The notes under the pieces are model-generated. The model worked only from the letters and a program-made list of their open reading frames with translations. It was not told the origin of the DNA and made no database searches. 64,000 bases of DNA from a virus, in the IMG/VR virus record IMGVR_UViG_3300037961_005010, positions 1-64,000 of that record; one strand, given 5' to 3'. This document shows, one piece after another, positions 1-9,106 of the stretch. Made by a program: the position numbers and the translations under genes. How positions within the stretch are numbered: the stretch's first letter is position 1; the number at the start of each line of letters is the position of its first letter.

Positions 1-438
1 CCTTGGGATAGAGTAGTATCACGTTACTTCTTTGCAAAGAAAGTTATAGAAGTTGAAAAGAAAGAACCTGTTGGTAAGCACAAGGTAGATTCCTTTGAAC
101 ACTTTCTAGAGGAAAGATTTGAATGGGGTGATATGAAGTATATGTGGCATAGAGCCATTCGTGGCTGGTATCCAGCATATGATTATGTTACAGACAAAGA
201 AGGAAACATTAAGCCTGATATTCTAAGGTTTGAAAACCTTAACAGCGACCTATGTTTTTACTTCAACATACCTGAAATGACTCGTGCTAGAAATGTTACA
301 GCACTAAACCCAGGTACATATAAAGACTTGTATACGCCAGAAACTATTCAAATAGTTGCCGACTGGTATGCAAAGGACATTGAAACATTTGGATATGACT
401 TTGATACAGGTCCTACTAAAAATTATTGGAATGCATAA
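1..438 (+). CDS. Sulfotransferase family protein (Sulfotransfer_2-like), 5'-truncated by window edge
   Basis: Frame 1 is open from base 1 and reads PWDRVVSRY (the RxPxxRxxSxY 3'-PAPS-binding motif); later 'ILRFENL' and 'WYAKDIETFGY' are typical of this family. Confidence 0.75.
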   Translation, partial: PWDRVVSRYFFAKKVIEVEKKEPVGKHKVDSFEHFLEERFEWGDMKYMWHRAIRGWYPAYDYVTDKEGNIKPDILRFENLNSDLCFYFNIPEMTRARNVTALNPGTYKDLYTPETIQIVADWYAKDIETFGYDFDTGPTKNYWNA

Positions 439-923
439 TGACACAACATCCTGAGATGCATAGAAAACTATGGCTCGATGAGCTCATAAAAGAAAACAAC
501 TTTACACTTGGAGCTGAGCTTGGTGTGCATGAAGGCGTGACACACATGTACTTATTGGAAAATAATCCTGATCTAACAATGATCGGAGTTGATTTATATC
601 AAGGAAAGCAAGCAAAGCATTGGGATGTGGTTGCACCTAAGCTAGACAGTGTAGGTGACCGTTCTCGTTTTTACAAAGAAAATACTGCCTCTGCAGCAAA
701 ACATTTTAAAGAAGATGAGATTGACTTTGTATTCATAGATGCAGATCATTCTTATAGAGGTGTTAAAGCAGACATTCAAGCTTGGATGCCAAAAGTTAGA
801 GAAGGTGGTTACATCACAGGTCATGATTGTGACAACTCAGGAGTAAAAAAAGCTTTAGTTGAAATCTTTGGTAGTGATGGATATGAAACAGCTTGGGATG
901 AAGTGTGGTACGTACAAAAATGA
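438..923 (+). CDS. Class I SAM-dependent methyltransferase (Methyltransf_24-like)
   Basis: GAELGVHEG, GVD, DFVFIDADHSY, GGYITGHD motifs; ATG at 438 overlaps upstream TAA. Confidence 0.8.
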   Translation: MTQHPEMHRKLWLDELIKENNFTLGAELGVHEGVTHMYLLENNPDLTMIGVDLYQGKQAKHWDVVAPKLDSVGDRSRFYKENTASAAKHFKEDEIDFVFIDADHSYRGVKADIQAWMPKVREGGYITGHDCDNSGVKKALVEIFGSDGYETAWDEVWYVQK

Positions 924-1498
924 AGAACGTTTTTATTGATTTAGGCGCTGGCTCTGGCGATGATATAAAAGGTTACTATAAGTTAGCTTCAGACAATAAA
1001 AACCATGAAGTACATGCCTTTGAACCAAACCCCAAGCGTACAGCTGGTATTAAAAAAAGGTATCCAAACATAAACACATACACTGCTGCAGCTGGTCTCA
1101 AAGAAGGCACTGTAAAGTTATACTTAGGTAAGAGTCTTAATACAAGCTCTACTAATAAGAATAAAGTTAGCATAAGTACAGATAAATTCATAGAAGCACC
1201 AGTTATAGATATTCCAACATGGTTAAAAAATAACTTCACCACAGAAGACTACATTACAATGGTGATTGACATTGAAGGTGGAGAGTATGATTTGCTTCAA
1301 GGCATGTATGATGCAGGCCTTTGGAGTTGGATTAATGAAATGTATGTAGAGTTTCATGGAACAAAACTGAAGGGGTTTGATATGCAAATAGAAAACGATC
1401 TTACAGATAAATTGATTGAATTTTATGGCGATAACGTATACATTTTTCGTAAGCATAACCACGATCAATTTGTAAAGTTAAACGCAGAAGGTGCATAA
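920..1498 (+). CDS. FkbM-family methyltransferase
   Basis: FIDLGAGSG, HAFEPNP, IDIEGGEY, YVEFH motifs; ATGA overlap at 920-923. Confidence 0.8.
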   Translation: MKNVFIDLGAGSGDDIKGYYKLASDNKNHEVHAFEPNPKRTAGIKKRYPNINTYTAAAGLKEGTVKLYLGKSLNTSSTNKNKVSISTDKFIEAPVIDIPTWLKNNFTTEDYITMVIDIEGGEYDLLQGMYDAGLWSWINEMYVEFHGTKLKGFDMQIENDLTDKLIEFYGDNVYIFRKHNHDQFVKLNAEGA

Positions 1499-2115
1499 TG
1501 CTTGAACAATTATTGAATAAGTATGGGTCTGATAAAGCGAATAAGCATCACTATCATAAAGTCTATGAACCTGAATTTGATGGAATGCGTAACCTTCCTA
1601 TAAATTTTTTAGAGATAGGAATAGGCAAAGGGCAGAGCATCCAAGGACTTATTGATTTCTTTCCAAAAGCACAGTTTTATGCAATCGATACATTTGGTCG
1701 TATAGATCCAAAAGACATACCTGTTTTAAAGAATGAAAGAGTTAAGTGGGCTAGATGCGATTCAACTAAAACCAATACACGTGATCTTATTGATACCATC
1801 TGGAGTGATGTAAAGTTTGACATTATTATAGACAATGGTGTTCATACTCCCCGAGCCAATGGTCAAACTTTTAATGTCTTTTATCCTTTGCTCAATGATG
1901 AAGGCATGTATTTTGTAGAGAGTATGTGGCCATTACACCTGATGGATAAAGAAGAAATGAAACACCCTTGGATTGAGAAACATCCTGACAGGTATAATAA
2001 ATCAGAGATGGATTACTTTATGGAGCAAATTCCGTATGCTACAAAAGCTACAGAGTTTGACTTAAGATTCTCATCAGGTCATCCTGACAGTTACATTATA
2101 AAGATTGACAAATGA
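1498..2115 (+). CDS. Class I SAM-dependent (sugar O-)methyltransferase-like protein
   Basis: GSDK..HHYHKVY, FLEIGIGKG, FDIIIDNGVH, GMYFVE motifs. Confidence 0.7.
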   Translation: MLEQLLNKYGSDKANKHHYHKVYEPEFDGMRNLPINFLEIGIGKGQSIQGLIDFFPKAQFYAIDTFGRIDPKDIPVLKNERVKWARCDSTKTNTRDLIDTIWSDVKFDIIIDNGVHTPRANGQTFNVFYPLLNDEGMYFVESMWPLHLMDKEEMKHPWIEKHPDRYNKSEMDYFMEQIPYATKATEFDLRFSSGHPDSYIIKIDK

Positions 2116-2807
2116 AAGCATATGCAATAGTTGTAAAAGATAATCAGGTCTCTGAGAAGGGATATGAAAATCTAGTTAAAAGTTCTAAGAGTGTAGGCAA
2201 TAAATTTAAAGTCAAGAAGTTTGATGCTGTTACACCTAGATCAGTTGATAACATCATGATAGAATCTGAAGTAAAGTGGAACTATCCATGGGAAGGTGAG
2301 ATAACTGATTTTTCCACCGGCCTGACAAAGAAATCATACCCTACAAAAGATAAGAGAAAACGAATGGCTTGTTCTATGAGTCATTTTCTTTTATGGCAGC
2401 AATCTTTTCATGAGCAAGAACCAATCTTGATATTAGAACATGATGCTATGTTTACTAATCGTATAGATTTTGATATAATGAAAACTAAGTTTAAGATATT
2501 AGGGATAAACAACCCTTTAATGGCGACTCGTAAGTCTCATGATTATTATGATAAGATAGTAAAATCATATGATTCTTATCAATACGCGCCATACATAGAT
2601 CAAGATATAAAAGTTCCACAAGGTTTGGCAGGAAACTCTGCATACATAGTATCGCCACAAGGAGCTGAAAAACTTATAAGCTTGACATATGAACATGGCC
2701 TGTGGCCGAATGACGCTATAATGTGTCGACAACTAATAATGGGATTAGGTGTAACACGTAAGTTTTACACTAGAGTCCAAGGATTACCGAGTACAACAAC
2801 GCTATGA
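2112..2807 (+). CDS. Glycosyltransferase family 25
   Basis: FDAV, ACSMSHFLLW, ILILEHDA, AYIVSPQGAEKL, PND motifs. Confidence 0.8.
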   Translation: MKAYAIVVKDNQVSEKGYENLVKSSKSVGNKFKVKKFDAVTPRSVDNIMIESEVKWNYPWEGEITDFSTGLTKKSYPTKDKRKRMACSMSHFLLWQQSFHEQEPILILEHDAMFTNRIDFDIMKTKFKILGINNPLMATRKSHDYYDKIVKSYDSYQYAPYIDQDIKVPQGLAGNSAYIVSPQGAEKLISLTYEHGLWPNDAIMCRQLIMGLGVTRKFYTRVQGLPSTTTL

Positions 2808-3451
2808 ATTATTATGTAATACAAGTAGGTGATATACCTCAATCAGTACAAGCCGCTAAGAGATGCATTGAATCAGGTTACAGGCATGGAGTATCAATAA
2901 AGAAGTTTGATGCTGTTACGCCTCGTAACTGTGACATATACGAAGTTGCACGTATGAATGGAATAGATGTTGAAGGATTTAGAGAGGTGTACTCTCGATT
3001 TGAAAATTGCTTGGCAGCTTTTTTATCTCACTTCCAGCTATGGAAGATATCAGTTGAGCATCAAGAAGATCTTACTATATTTGAACATGATGCAGTGATA
3101 GTGAATCAACTAAACAGTGACATACCTTTCGACAAAGTTATGACACTAGGCAAACCATCATACGGACAATACAGAACTCCAAACTTTCTTGGTACAGGAC
3201 CACTTACACAAAAGGCATACTTCAAAGGTGCACATGCCTACAGCGTAAAACCTGCTGGCGCTGAAGAACTCATAAAACAAGCGAGAATAAAAGCAAGACC
3301 AACGGATGTATTCTTAAACATTCATACTTTCCCTTGGCTACAGGAAAATTATCCTTGGAAGGTGGAAGTAAAAGAATCATTTTCTACTATACAAAAGATT
3401 GAAGGCTGTAGAGCTAAGCATGGATACGGCGAAGGCTATGAGTTACTCTAA
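2804..3451 (+). CDS. Glycosyltransferase family 25 (paralog of upstream gene)
   Basis: KKFDAVTPR shared with the previous ORF; AAFLSHFQLW, IFEHDA, AHAYSVKPAGAEEL, PTDV. Confidence 0.8.
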   Translation: MNYYVIQVGDIPQSVQAAKRCIESGYRHGVSIKKFDAVTPRNCDIYEVARMNGIDVEGFREVYSRFENCLAAFLSHFQLWKISVEHQEDLTIFEHDAVIVNQLNSDIPFDKVMTLGKPSYGQYRTPNFLGTGPLTQKAYFKGAHAYSVKPAGAEELIKQARIKARPTDVFLNIHTFPWLQENYPWKVEVKESFSTIQKIEGCRAKHGYGEGYELL

Positions 3452-4043
3452 TCTATTCATCACAGCTTATGACAAAAGTAACGAGTGGATGCTCGAGTGG
3501 TTTCTTAGTAACTTTACCAAACATAATAATACTCCTATACTTCCATATGACTTTGACACGTTTAAAACTCCAGTTGATAGTTCAAAAAATTGGTTTAAAA
3601 AACCATTTGCTATGATAGACGCGGCTAAGCAAGCAGACAAAGTTTGCTGGATAGATTTAGATTGCCACGTTCAAGGATCTATAGACGACATATTTGACTA
3701 CATTGAACCTAATAAGCTTGCTATGGTAGAGGATTTACCGTGGAGCAATAGGAGAGGTGAACGCTGGCACAACTCAGGTGTAGTTGCATTTCAAGGTAGA
3801 CCTATGATATTAGACACTTGGGCAGCACAGGTATCACTATCACCAGACGTAGGTGATCAAGAAGTTTTACACTCAATAGTAAGACACGATATGAAAAGAC
3901 TTATAAACATAACTGACTTGCCTAGGAGATACAATACACTTCGTCTTGATGTAATAGATAATACTGTACCAAGTGACATGAAAGTTATGCATTGGACAGG
4001 TGCAAAAGGGAAAGAAAAGATTTGGAGTTTGATTAATGAGTAG
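3438..4043 (+). CDS. GT-A fold glycosyltransferase-like protein
   Basis: WFKKP, WIDLD (DxD), NSGVV, GDQEVL, YN, VMHWTG motifs as in GT8/GT77-like nucleotide-sugar transferases. Confidence 0.7.
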   Translation: MSYSNLFITAYDKSNEWMLEWFLSNFTKHNNTPILPYDFDTFKTPVDSSKNWFKKPFAMIDAAKQADKVCWIDLDCHVQGSIDDIFDYIEPNKLAMVEDLPWSNRRGERWHNSGVVAFQGRPMILDTWAAQVSLSPDVGDQEVLHSIVRHDMKRLINITDLPRRYNTLRLDVIDNTVPSDMKVMHWTGAKGKEKIWSLINE

Positions 4044-4641
4044 GGTGGCCCATATAATAGGAAATGGAAAATCGTCTGCAACATATAAGCCGGCTAAAGG
4101 ATTGAAAATAACATGTAACCTTCCTCCTTTCGAAATAGATAACGTTTACACTACAACTATCGTAGACTTTAAAATGTGTAAAGCTATAGATGAGGGAAGC
4201 GTTACTATACCAGGAGACTGGGTCCTAGGAGCAAGACCAAAGAAATATTGTGAAATGTTTCCTAGGTTCAGAATGAAATTTGCTGGACAAATGAAACAAT
4301 TTTATACACATCTTCCTAAGTATGCTCCAGATTTTACAGCGTTCAATTGCGGACACATGGCTACACACTACACTGCTAAAAAGTTAGGTGCTGATGAGAT
4401 ACACATGTATGGATTTGACACTATCTTTGCTTTTGATATTACTAGCACTTCAGATTTAGTTTTAAAGTCTGACAGACAAACAGGAAATACTCAAAGGTTG
4501 ACTAATAACTGGCGACCTATATGGGAAGGCATATTCAAAGAGTTTAAAGACACACAGTTTGTATTGTATTACTATAAAGAAGTTGATCCCTTAATCACAT
4601 TATCAGAAAACGTAGAGGTAAGAGTGGTAAAAAAGAAATGA
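4036..4641 (+). CDS. DUF115/GT29-like (Maf/sialyltransferase-like fold) protein
   Basis: HIIGNGKS, TCN, NCGHMA, EIHMYGFD motifs. Confidence 0.55.
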   Translation: MSRVAHIIGNGKSSATYKPAKGLKITCNLPPFEIDNVYTTTIVDFKMCKAIDEGSVTIPGDWVLGARPKKYCEMFPRFRMKFAGQMKQFYTHLPKYAPDFTAFNCGHMATHYTAKKLGADEIHMYGFDTIFAFDITSTSDLVLKSDRQTGNTQRLTNNWRPIWEGIFKEFKDTQFVLYYYKEVDPLITLSENVEVRVVKKK

Positions 4642-4742
4642 TAAAAGACAGCAGCGATAGAAATGATGATCCATGCGATGACATAACGGATCATAATAGG
4701 TTATCAGACTGGATCAGATACAAAAAACCTGTAAGTAATTGA
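4638..4742 (+). CDS. Small hypothetical protein (34 aa)
   Basis: ATGA overlap with previous stop; open frame MIKDSSDRNDDPCDD...; not in the ORF track. Confidence 0.3.
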   Translation: MIKDSSDRNDDPCDDITDHNRLSDWIRYKKPVSN

Positions 4743-4764
4743 TAACAAACGAAAATAAAAAACG

Positions 4765-4824
4765 TAAGTAGTTGATTTCAAACGAAACCTTTTCCTTTAC
4801 ATTCCTATTTTCTTATGGTATACT
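4765..4824 (+). promoter_or_regulatory. Early sigma70-type promoter with upstream IHF-consensus site
   Basis: TTTACA (4796-4801), 17 bp, TATACT (4819-4824); WATCAANNNNTTR on minus strand at 4765-4777, with a second copy at 4732-4744. Confidence 0.8.
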
Positions 4825-4854
4825 GCTTATATAAGGAATAAAAAGGAATCTAAA

Positions 4855-5118
4855 ATGGAAAATCTTGGAATCAACTATCTTAGTGCTAACGAAGCCGGAT
4901 TGATTATGCATATCGAAACTAGAAATGGTGAGATCATTCGCCGTGCTGATACTCTCGAAGATGGCATTAACTTAGTGGATAAATATGGATTAGCAGATAC
5001 AGTTATGGGTTCTTCTAGCATGGACTTCGGTACTGAAGAAGGATTCACTAAAGATTCTGGTCCAAAAGATTTCTGGAATGCAATCATAAAAGTTTCTCAA
5101 GCTAGGGGGTTAGTGTAA
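4855..5118 (+). CDS. Hypothetical early protein
   Basis: ORF with AAGGA SD directly after the promoter. Confidence 0.7.
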   Translation: MENLGINYLSANEAGLIMHIETRNGEIIRRADTLEDGINLVDKYGLADTVMGSSSMDFGTEEGFTKDSGPKDFWNAIIKVSQARGLV

Positions 5119-5474
5119 TGTATAGCGGATATCAGGAAAAATTGTTCAGTAATTCATGGGGTGTAAACTCTGGTTTTGAAACTGTACGTGATCAGCTCAA
5201 CGAGTTGATTCCACTTGAAGGTGCCTGTGAGAATCCACGAACTAAGAACAAAGCACTTGACAAGTTTCGTCGAGCTCAGAACGCTGCCTACGATCTTTTC
5301 AATAATGGCCTATGCAATAAGCGTGGTCTGTTCAACCAGATCTATGGATTTGCTCCAACAATGAGAGATACTGACAATGCTCGTCGCATGCAGTGGTCTC
5401 ACTGGGAGGATAGAGTCGAGGAAGTCTTGACTCCTATCATCATTGCTGCTGCTCTTGAACAGGGGATAAAGTAA
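5118..5474 (+). CDS. Hypothetical early protein
   Basis: Coupled start/stop; YDLFNNGLCN motif. Confidence 0.7.
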   Translation: MYSGYQEKLFSNSWGVNSGFETVRDQLNELIPLEGACENPRTKNKALDKFRRAQNAAYDLFNNGLCNKRGLFNQIYGFAPTMRDTDNARRMQWSHWEDRVEEVLTPIIIAAALEQGIK

Positions 5475-5747
5475 ATGTTAAAAGGAGAAACCATAGGGCA
5501 AATTGTGTTTCATATCATTGATAATGACATACACATGCCTCTCATAAAAGGTAAAGCCAATAGAGGTAATATAGAAGATCAGATCATTATCGGGCTTTAC
5601 TCACAAAAGATTCCACCTATCAACGGCAGTGATGTCGATATGATAGTGGAGCTAGTAGACGAGTTGATTGAGAATGACGCAGTCAACTTCGGTCGAGATT
5701 ATCTACAAAAAGGAATCAACAATGAAGAAAGAAGAGACCAATGCTAA
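5475..5747 (+). CDS. Hypothetical protein
   Basis: ORF contiguous with both neighbours. Confidence 0.6.
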   Translation: MLKGETIGQIVFHIIDNDIHMPLIKGKANRGNIEDQIIIGLYSQKIPPINGSDVDMIVELVDELIENDAVNFGRDYLQKGINNEERRDQC

Positions 5748-6217
5748 AAGTAAATCTAATTGCCTGTGTGATTGGGGCGAGCCTTGTAACGGCGCCTGTG
5801 ATGGCAGATGCTGTTAAGGCAGAAGTAAAAGATTACTACAAAACAGTCACTGAAATGGTACCGTACTACAAGACTGAGTGCGCTACGGTTGATGTTCCTA
5901 TCTATGGAACTACTACTCAACAAGGTAACGCCGCAGGTGGTGCCTTAGCTGGCATGATCATTGGTGGCATCTTAGGTAAAGGTGCAACTGGCGACGATAA
6001 AGGTGCAGCAGTAGGTGCAATCATGGGTGGACTAGTCGGAGCAGACAAAGGTGCAAAACCAAAGACTGGTCAGGTCATAACTGGTTATAGAAAACAAAGA
6101 CAGTGCCAGAAAGTAGAGCACTGGAGAAATGAACAGCGAAGAACTTATGACTATTCAACTATCTCCTGGATGGAGAACGGTCAAAGAGTCACATTGGAGT
6201 TCTTTAGACCAAACTAA
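5741..6217 (+). CDS. Glycine-zipper 2TM envelope protein with signal peptide
   Basis: N-terminal hydrophobic signal; GGALAGMIIGGILG...GAAVGAIMGGLVG glycine zipper; paired Cys. Confidence 0.7.
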   Translation: MLKVNLIACVIGASLVTAPVMADAVKAEVKDYYKTVTEMVPYYKTECATVDVPIYGTTTQQGNAAGGALAGMIIGGILGKGATGDDKGAAVGAIMGGLVGADKGAKPKTGQVITGYRKQRQCQKVEHWRNEQRRTYDYSTISWMENGQRVTLEFFRPN

Positions 6218-6234
6218 ATCATAGGAGGTGAGAG

Positions 6235-6564
6235 ATGGATCCCTTAACCATCGCCGCTATGCTACTCGTCGTAGCGTTGAATAACGGCATAGAAGAAAAC
6301 AAAGCAAAGATATCGTTTCAAGAAGAGCAGATCATATACCTAGAGTCTGAGGTTGAAGCGAATCAACAACTACTTCATGACTTGAACATGGCCATGGGAG
6401 CAGAAGTTCAAGCTCTAATCCAGCAAGACATGGCTCATGCAGGATCGATCTCAGCGGTAGGTGCTGAGTCAAACTTATCAGATCAAATGCTGATAGATAG
6501 AATAGATCGACTAAAAGAAAAGGTTGACTTTCTAGACAACAAGATCATAGAACTCTATGACTGA
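6235..6564 (+). CDS. Membrane-anchored coiled-coil hypothetical protein
   Basis: AGGAGG SD; hydrophobic N-terminus then heptad-like helix. Confidence 0.6.
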   Translation: MDPLTIAAMLLVVALNNGIEENKAKISFQEEQIIYLESEVEANQQLLHDLNMAMGAEVQALIQQDMAHAGSISAVGAESNLSDQMLIDRIDRLKEKVDFLDNKIIELYD

Positions 6565-6679
6565 GAAAGAGCCGATAAGATACTATGAGTGGATGCTTTG
6601 GAAACTGAGGCAAGAGCGAGAAAAAGATGAAGAGTTGGAAAGACCTGTACGACAGTCACAAGCTGACGATATTCGTTGA
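6557..6679 (+). CDS. Small hypothetical protein (40 aa)
   Basis: MTEKEPIRYYEWMLWKLRQ... fills the gap between two genes with overlapping ends. Confidence 0.4.
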   Translation: MTEKEPIRYYEWMLWKLRQEREKDEELERPVRQSQADDIR

Positions 6680-7451
6680 CATAAGTACGTACTGTAACGC
6701 AGGTTGTCCACAGTGTCACAGGACAGACTTCGAGAACGGAGGCCTGCGAAAAGTAGGTTGGCTTCCTCTCATCAGGTGGTCTCTTCAAGAGTTCAAGGAA
6801 GCATACGATCCAGAGCTCATCAGGCGTACTGACGGGTGGGAGATATGTGGCACTTGGGGCGACCCCATAATGTGTAAGGAGATGTATGAGATAGCCGAGT
6901 ACATCCTTACGATAAACCCTCGAACAGAACTCACGATAGACACAAACGGATCAGTCAGGCCTCTGAGCTGGTGGAAGAAGTTTGGAGAACTATCCTCTCT
7001 GTGCGTTGACAAGGGTATAATACGCTGTGACTTTGCGGTAGAGGGTATCAATCAAGAGATGCACGCTCACTATCGAAGACTCACTGACCTGAGTAAAGTA
7101 CTGGCTAACATGAAGGCCTTCACTGACGCAGGAGGTAAGGCCAAGGGGTTCTGCGTCGTACACAGACACAATCAAGACTATCTGCAAGAGATAATGGATC
7201 TCTGTCAGGCTCACGGAGCGATGACGGTAGACTACGTAGAGAACAATCGATTCTATGACGGGCCGAGCTTCGAGTTCACGAACGAGTACGATGAGATAGA
7301 CGAGATAGAGCAGATCAAGGGTGAGTACAAGAAGCCTAAGTACGTTCGAGACGCTCAGTCAGACTGGAAGACGAGAGTAGAGTTCAACCCCGCTCTAAAA
7401 GAAATGGTAGAGAAAGCGAGTCAGGTAGATGAAGAAGAAGACATACATTAG
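6627..7451 (+). CDS. Radical SAM protein
   Basis: CNAGCPQC (CxxxCxxC), CGTWGDP, DTNGS, FAVEG..H..YR motifs. Confidence 0.85.
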   Translation: MKSWKDLYDSHKLTIFVDISTYCNAGCPQCHRTDFENGGLRKVGWLPLIRWSLQEFKEAYDPELIRRTDGWEICGTWGDPIMCKEMYEIAEYILTINPRTELTIDTNGSVRPLSWWKKFGELSSLCVDKGIIRCDFAVEGINQEMHAHYRRLTDLSKVLANMKAFTDAGGKAKGFCVVHRHNQDYLQEIMDLCQAHGAMTVDYVENNRFYDGPSFEFTNEYDEIDEIEQIKGEYKKPKYVRDAQSDWKTRVEFNPALKEMVEKASQVDEEEDIH

Positions 7452-7749
7452 GTGCTCATGGATGGAGATGAGAAGAATACTCGTCAATCCAGACGGACAG
7501 GTCTGGCCGTGCTGCTACTTCTGCAACTCAAGTTTCAGCTCAGATCACGCTCGACCTGACAAGGACATGAACGAAAAAGTCTTTCAAGAGTACTATAAGC
7601 ACAAGGACGAGCTCAATCTCAAGAAGAACTCTATGGAGTCTATACTTAATCACGAGTGGTTCACGCAAACTCTGCCAGAATCATGGGAAAAAGAAGAGAC
7701 TCGAGTATCACATTGCCGTCGGTTTTGCGAACACTATGCAGAAGAATGA
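7429..7749 (+). CDS. Stand-alone SPASM/twitch Fe-S domain protein
   Basis: C...ILVNPDGQVWPCC...NL...C..FC pattern. Confidence 0.7.
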   Translation: MKKKTYIRCSWMEMRRILVNPDGQVWPCCYFCNSSFSSDHARPDKDMNEKVFQEYYKHKDELNLKKNSMESILNHEWFTQTLPESWEKEETRVSHCRRFCEHYAEE

Positions 7750-7800
7750 CAACTGCATATGAAATCTATACTAGATAAATAGACTAAAAAGAGGAAAGAA

Positions 7801-8061
7801 ATGGAAGATCTATTCGACTTTGGGTTCACAGCAGTAGACGAAGATGAACTCTCTGCAGTACAAGCAACGGCTCAAGAAGCCCTCGATGCCTCTCAAGCTG
7901 CTCTCTCTACTCAAGAAAAACTCGATAAACTATACAATGCTATTACACCTCTACTCACAAACCTCAAGGCAAACCCTGAAAAAGAGTATATTCTATGGCC
8001 TAATAGACTGGCTAAGGTAGAGCAATTCGAAACACACCTACAGAAGATATACCTCGGGTAA
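7801..8061 (+). CDS. Conserved T4-like phage hypothetical protein
   Basis: GAGG SD; FDFGFTAVDEDEL and NPEKEYILWPNR; late-promoter-like GATAAATA at about 7774-7781. Confidence 0.7.
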   Translation: MEDLFDFGFTAVDEDELSAVQATAQEALDASQAALSTQEKLDKLYNAITPLLTNLKANPEKEYILWPNRLAKVEQFETHLQKIYLG

Positions 8062-8211
8062 TAGTATATGCATATGAAACCAGTTGGGAAACTGCCATTC
8101 GGTCGCTCTCGCGGTTTCGCTACAAGTCCACCCTCAGTCCTCTCGCCATATCAGCCAGGCCCTCAGGTTCACCACCAACACCCAAACTATTTCAACCTTA
8201 TTACCTAACGA

Positions 8212-8297
8212 TATCAACAGGTTAGCAAAATAACGCATAAGTTATTGATTCTAAAGCAAACCTTTTCCTTTACATTTGGTTCATTCTGTGGTAGATT
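8212..8297 (+). promoter_or_regulatory. Early sigma70-type promoter with IHF-consensus sites
   Basis: TTTACA 8269-8274, 17 bp, TAGATT 8292-8297; IHF consensus at 8238-8250 (minus) and 8212-8224 (plus). Confidence 0.75.
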
Positions 8298-8323
8298 GCT
8301 ATTATACAGTTTAGGAGATTCAA

Positions 8324-8749
8324 ATGAAAGTTACCGTGATCCATATGCCACACCCATCTGCACCAGTAGACGAGGACGCTGTTCGAGTGGCAGAGGTCTC
8401 TATACCTGCAGAGATTAAGAGTGATACAGAGGCATGTGAATATGCTTACCACAGGACTCAAAACATTTTTGGTTCTTGGTCAATCAAAGATGGTAACGCT
8501 GATAACTGTGACAGTGTTAAGCGTATGTGCCCTTTACACGAAGGTGGCATGGGGTTACGTTCATCCATGATGGGTGATCATTTTATTGTGCATGGCGATA
8601 ATGCTTGGTCACATAACGAGCAGGGCGAGGTATATGAGTGTGCCATGCTAGGCTTTGAGTATAAGAACTCTATGATTCTTGTTGACTTCTTGTCTGAGCA
8701 GCAAGGAAAAGAGATTGCTTATGGAGTAGAGAGAGTGGAGTTAGTATAA
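8324..8749 (+). CDS. Hypothetical early protein (YodL-like RSxxxGD motif)
   Basis: AGGAG SD; TQN and LRSSMMGDHFIV. Confidence 0.6.
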   Translation: MKVTVIHMPHPSAPVDEDAVRVAEVSIPAEIKSDTEACEYAYHRTQNIFGSWSIKDGNADNCDSVKRMCPLHEGGMGLRSSMMGDHFIVHGDNAWSHNEQGEVYECAMLGFEYKNSMILVDFLSEQQGKEIAYGVERVELV

Positions 8750-8931
8750 TGGTAGTATATAGAGTGAGAGCCACGAACAGAACCGGGGCATTTTTCCAGG
8801 GTACCTATGAAGATAAGTACGAGGCGGATAAAATCCATAATAACCTGTATAACGAGGTGACCGCAGAGGGCGGCTATAAGTGGGGTACCGTGGAGACTAA
8901 AAAGGTGGAGATAGGTACCATCAGACCGTAG
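8749..8931 (+). CDS. Hypothetical protein
   Basis: TAATG coupling to the previous gene. Confidence 0.55.
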   Translation: MVVYRVRATNRTGAFFQGTYEDKYEADKIHNNLYNEVTAEGGYKWGTVETKKVEIGTIRP

Positions 8932-8945
8932 GAGAAAGGGGCTTT

Positions 8946-9072
8946 TAAATAATATTATTTAGAGGACCCAGCCTACCAGGCCTTAACTGGCTAATCCATT
9001 TATTGGGTTTCGAGAATTTTTTTCGAGAGGTTATCTGAAAAATTTTTTTCACAGGTAAAAAACCATCTCGAG
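8946..9072. repeat. Palindrome / inverted-repeat cluster in non-coding DNA
   Basis: Perfect 16-bp palindrome TAAATAATATTATTTA (8946-8961); TCGAGAGGTT (9023-9032) pairs with AACCATCTCGA (9061-9071) around TGAAAAA/TTTTTCA. Confidence 0.7.
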
Positions 9073-9106
9073 AGTCATTGCATAGATAGTATAGAGAGGA
9101 GAGACT

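Noticed and set aside
7754-8079. 11-bp direct repeat TGCATATGAAA flanking ORF 7801-8061 as a target-site duplication
   Set aside because: Short and AT-rich, and the enclosed gene is an ordinary conserved phage ORF with no mobility function.
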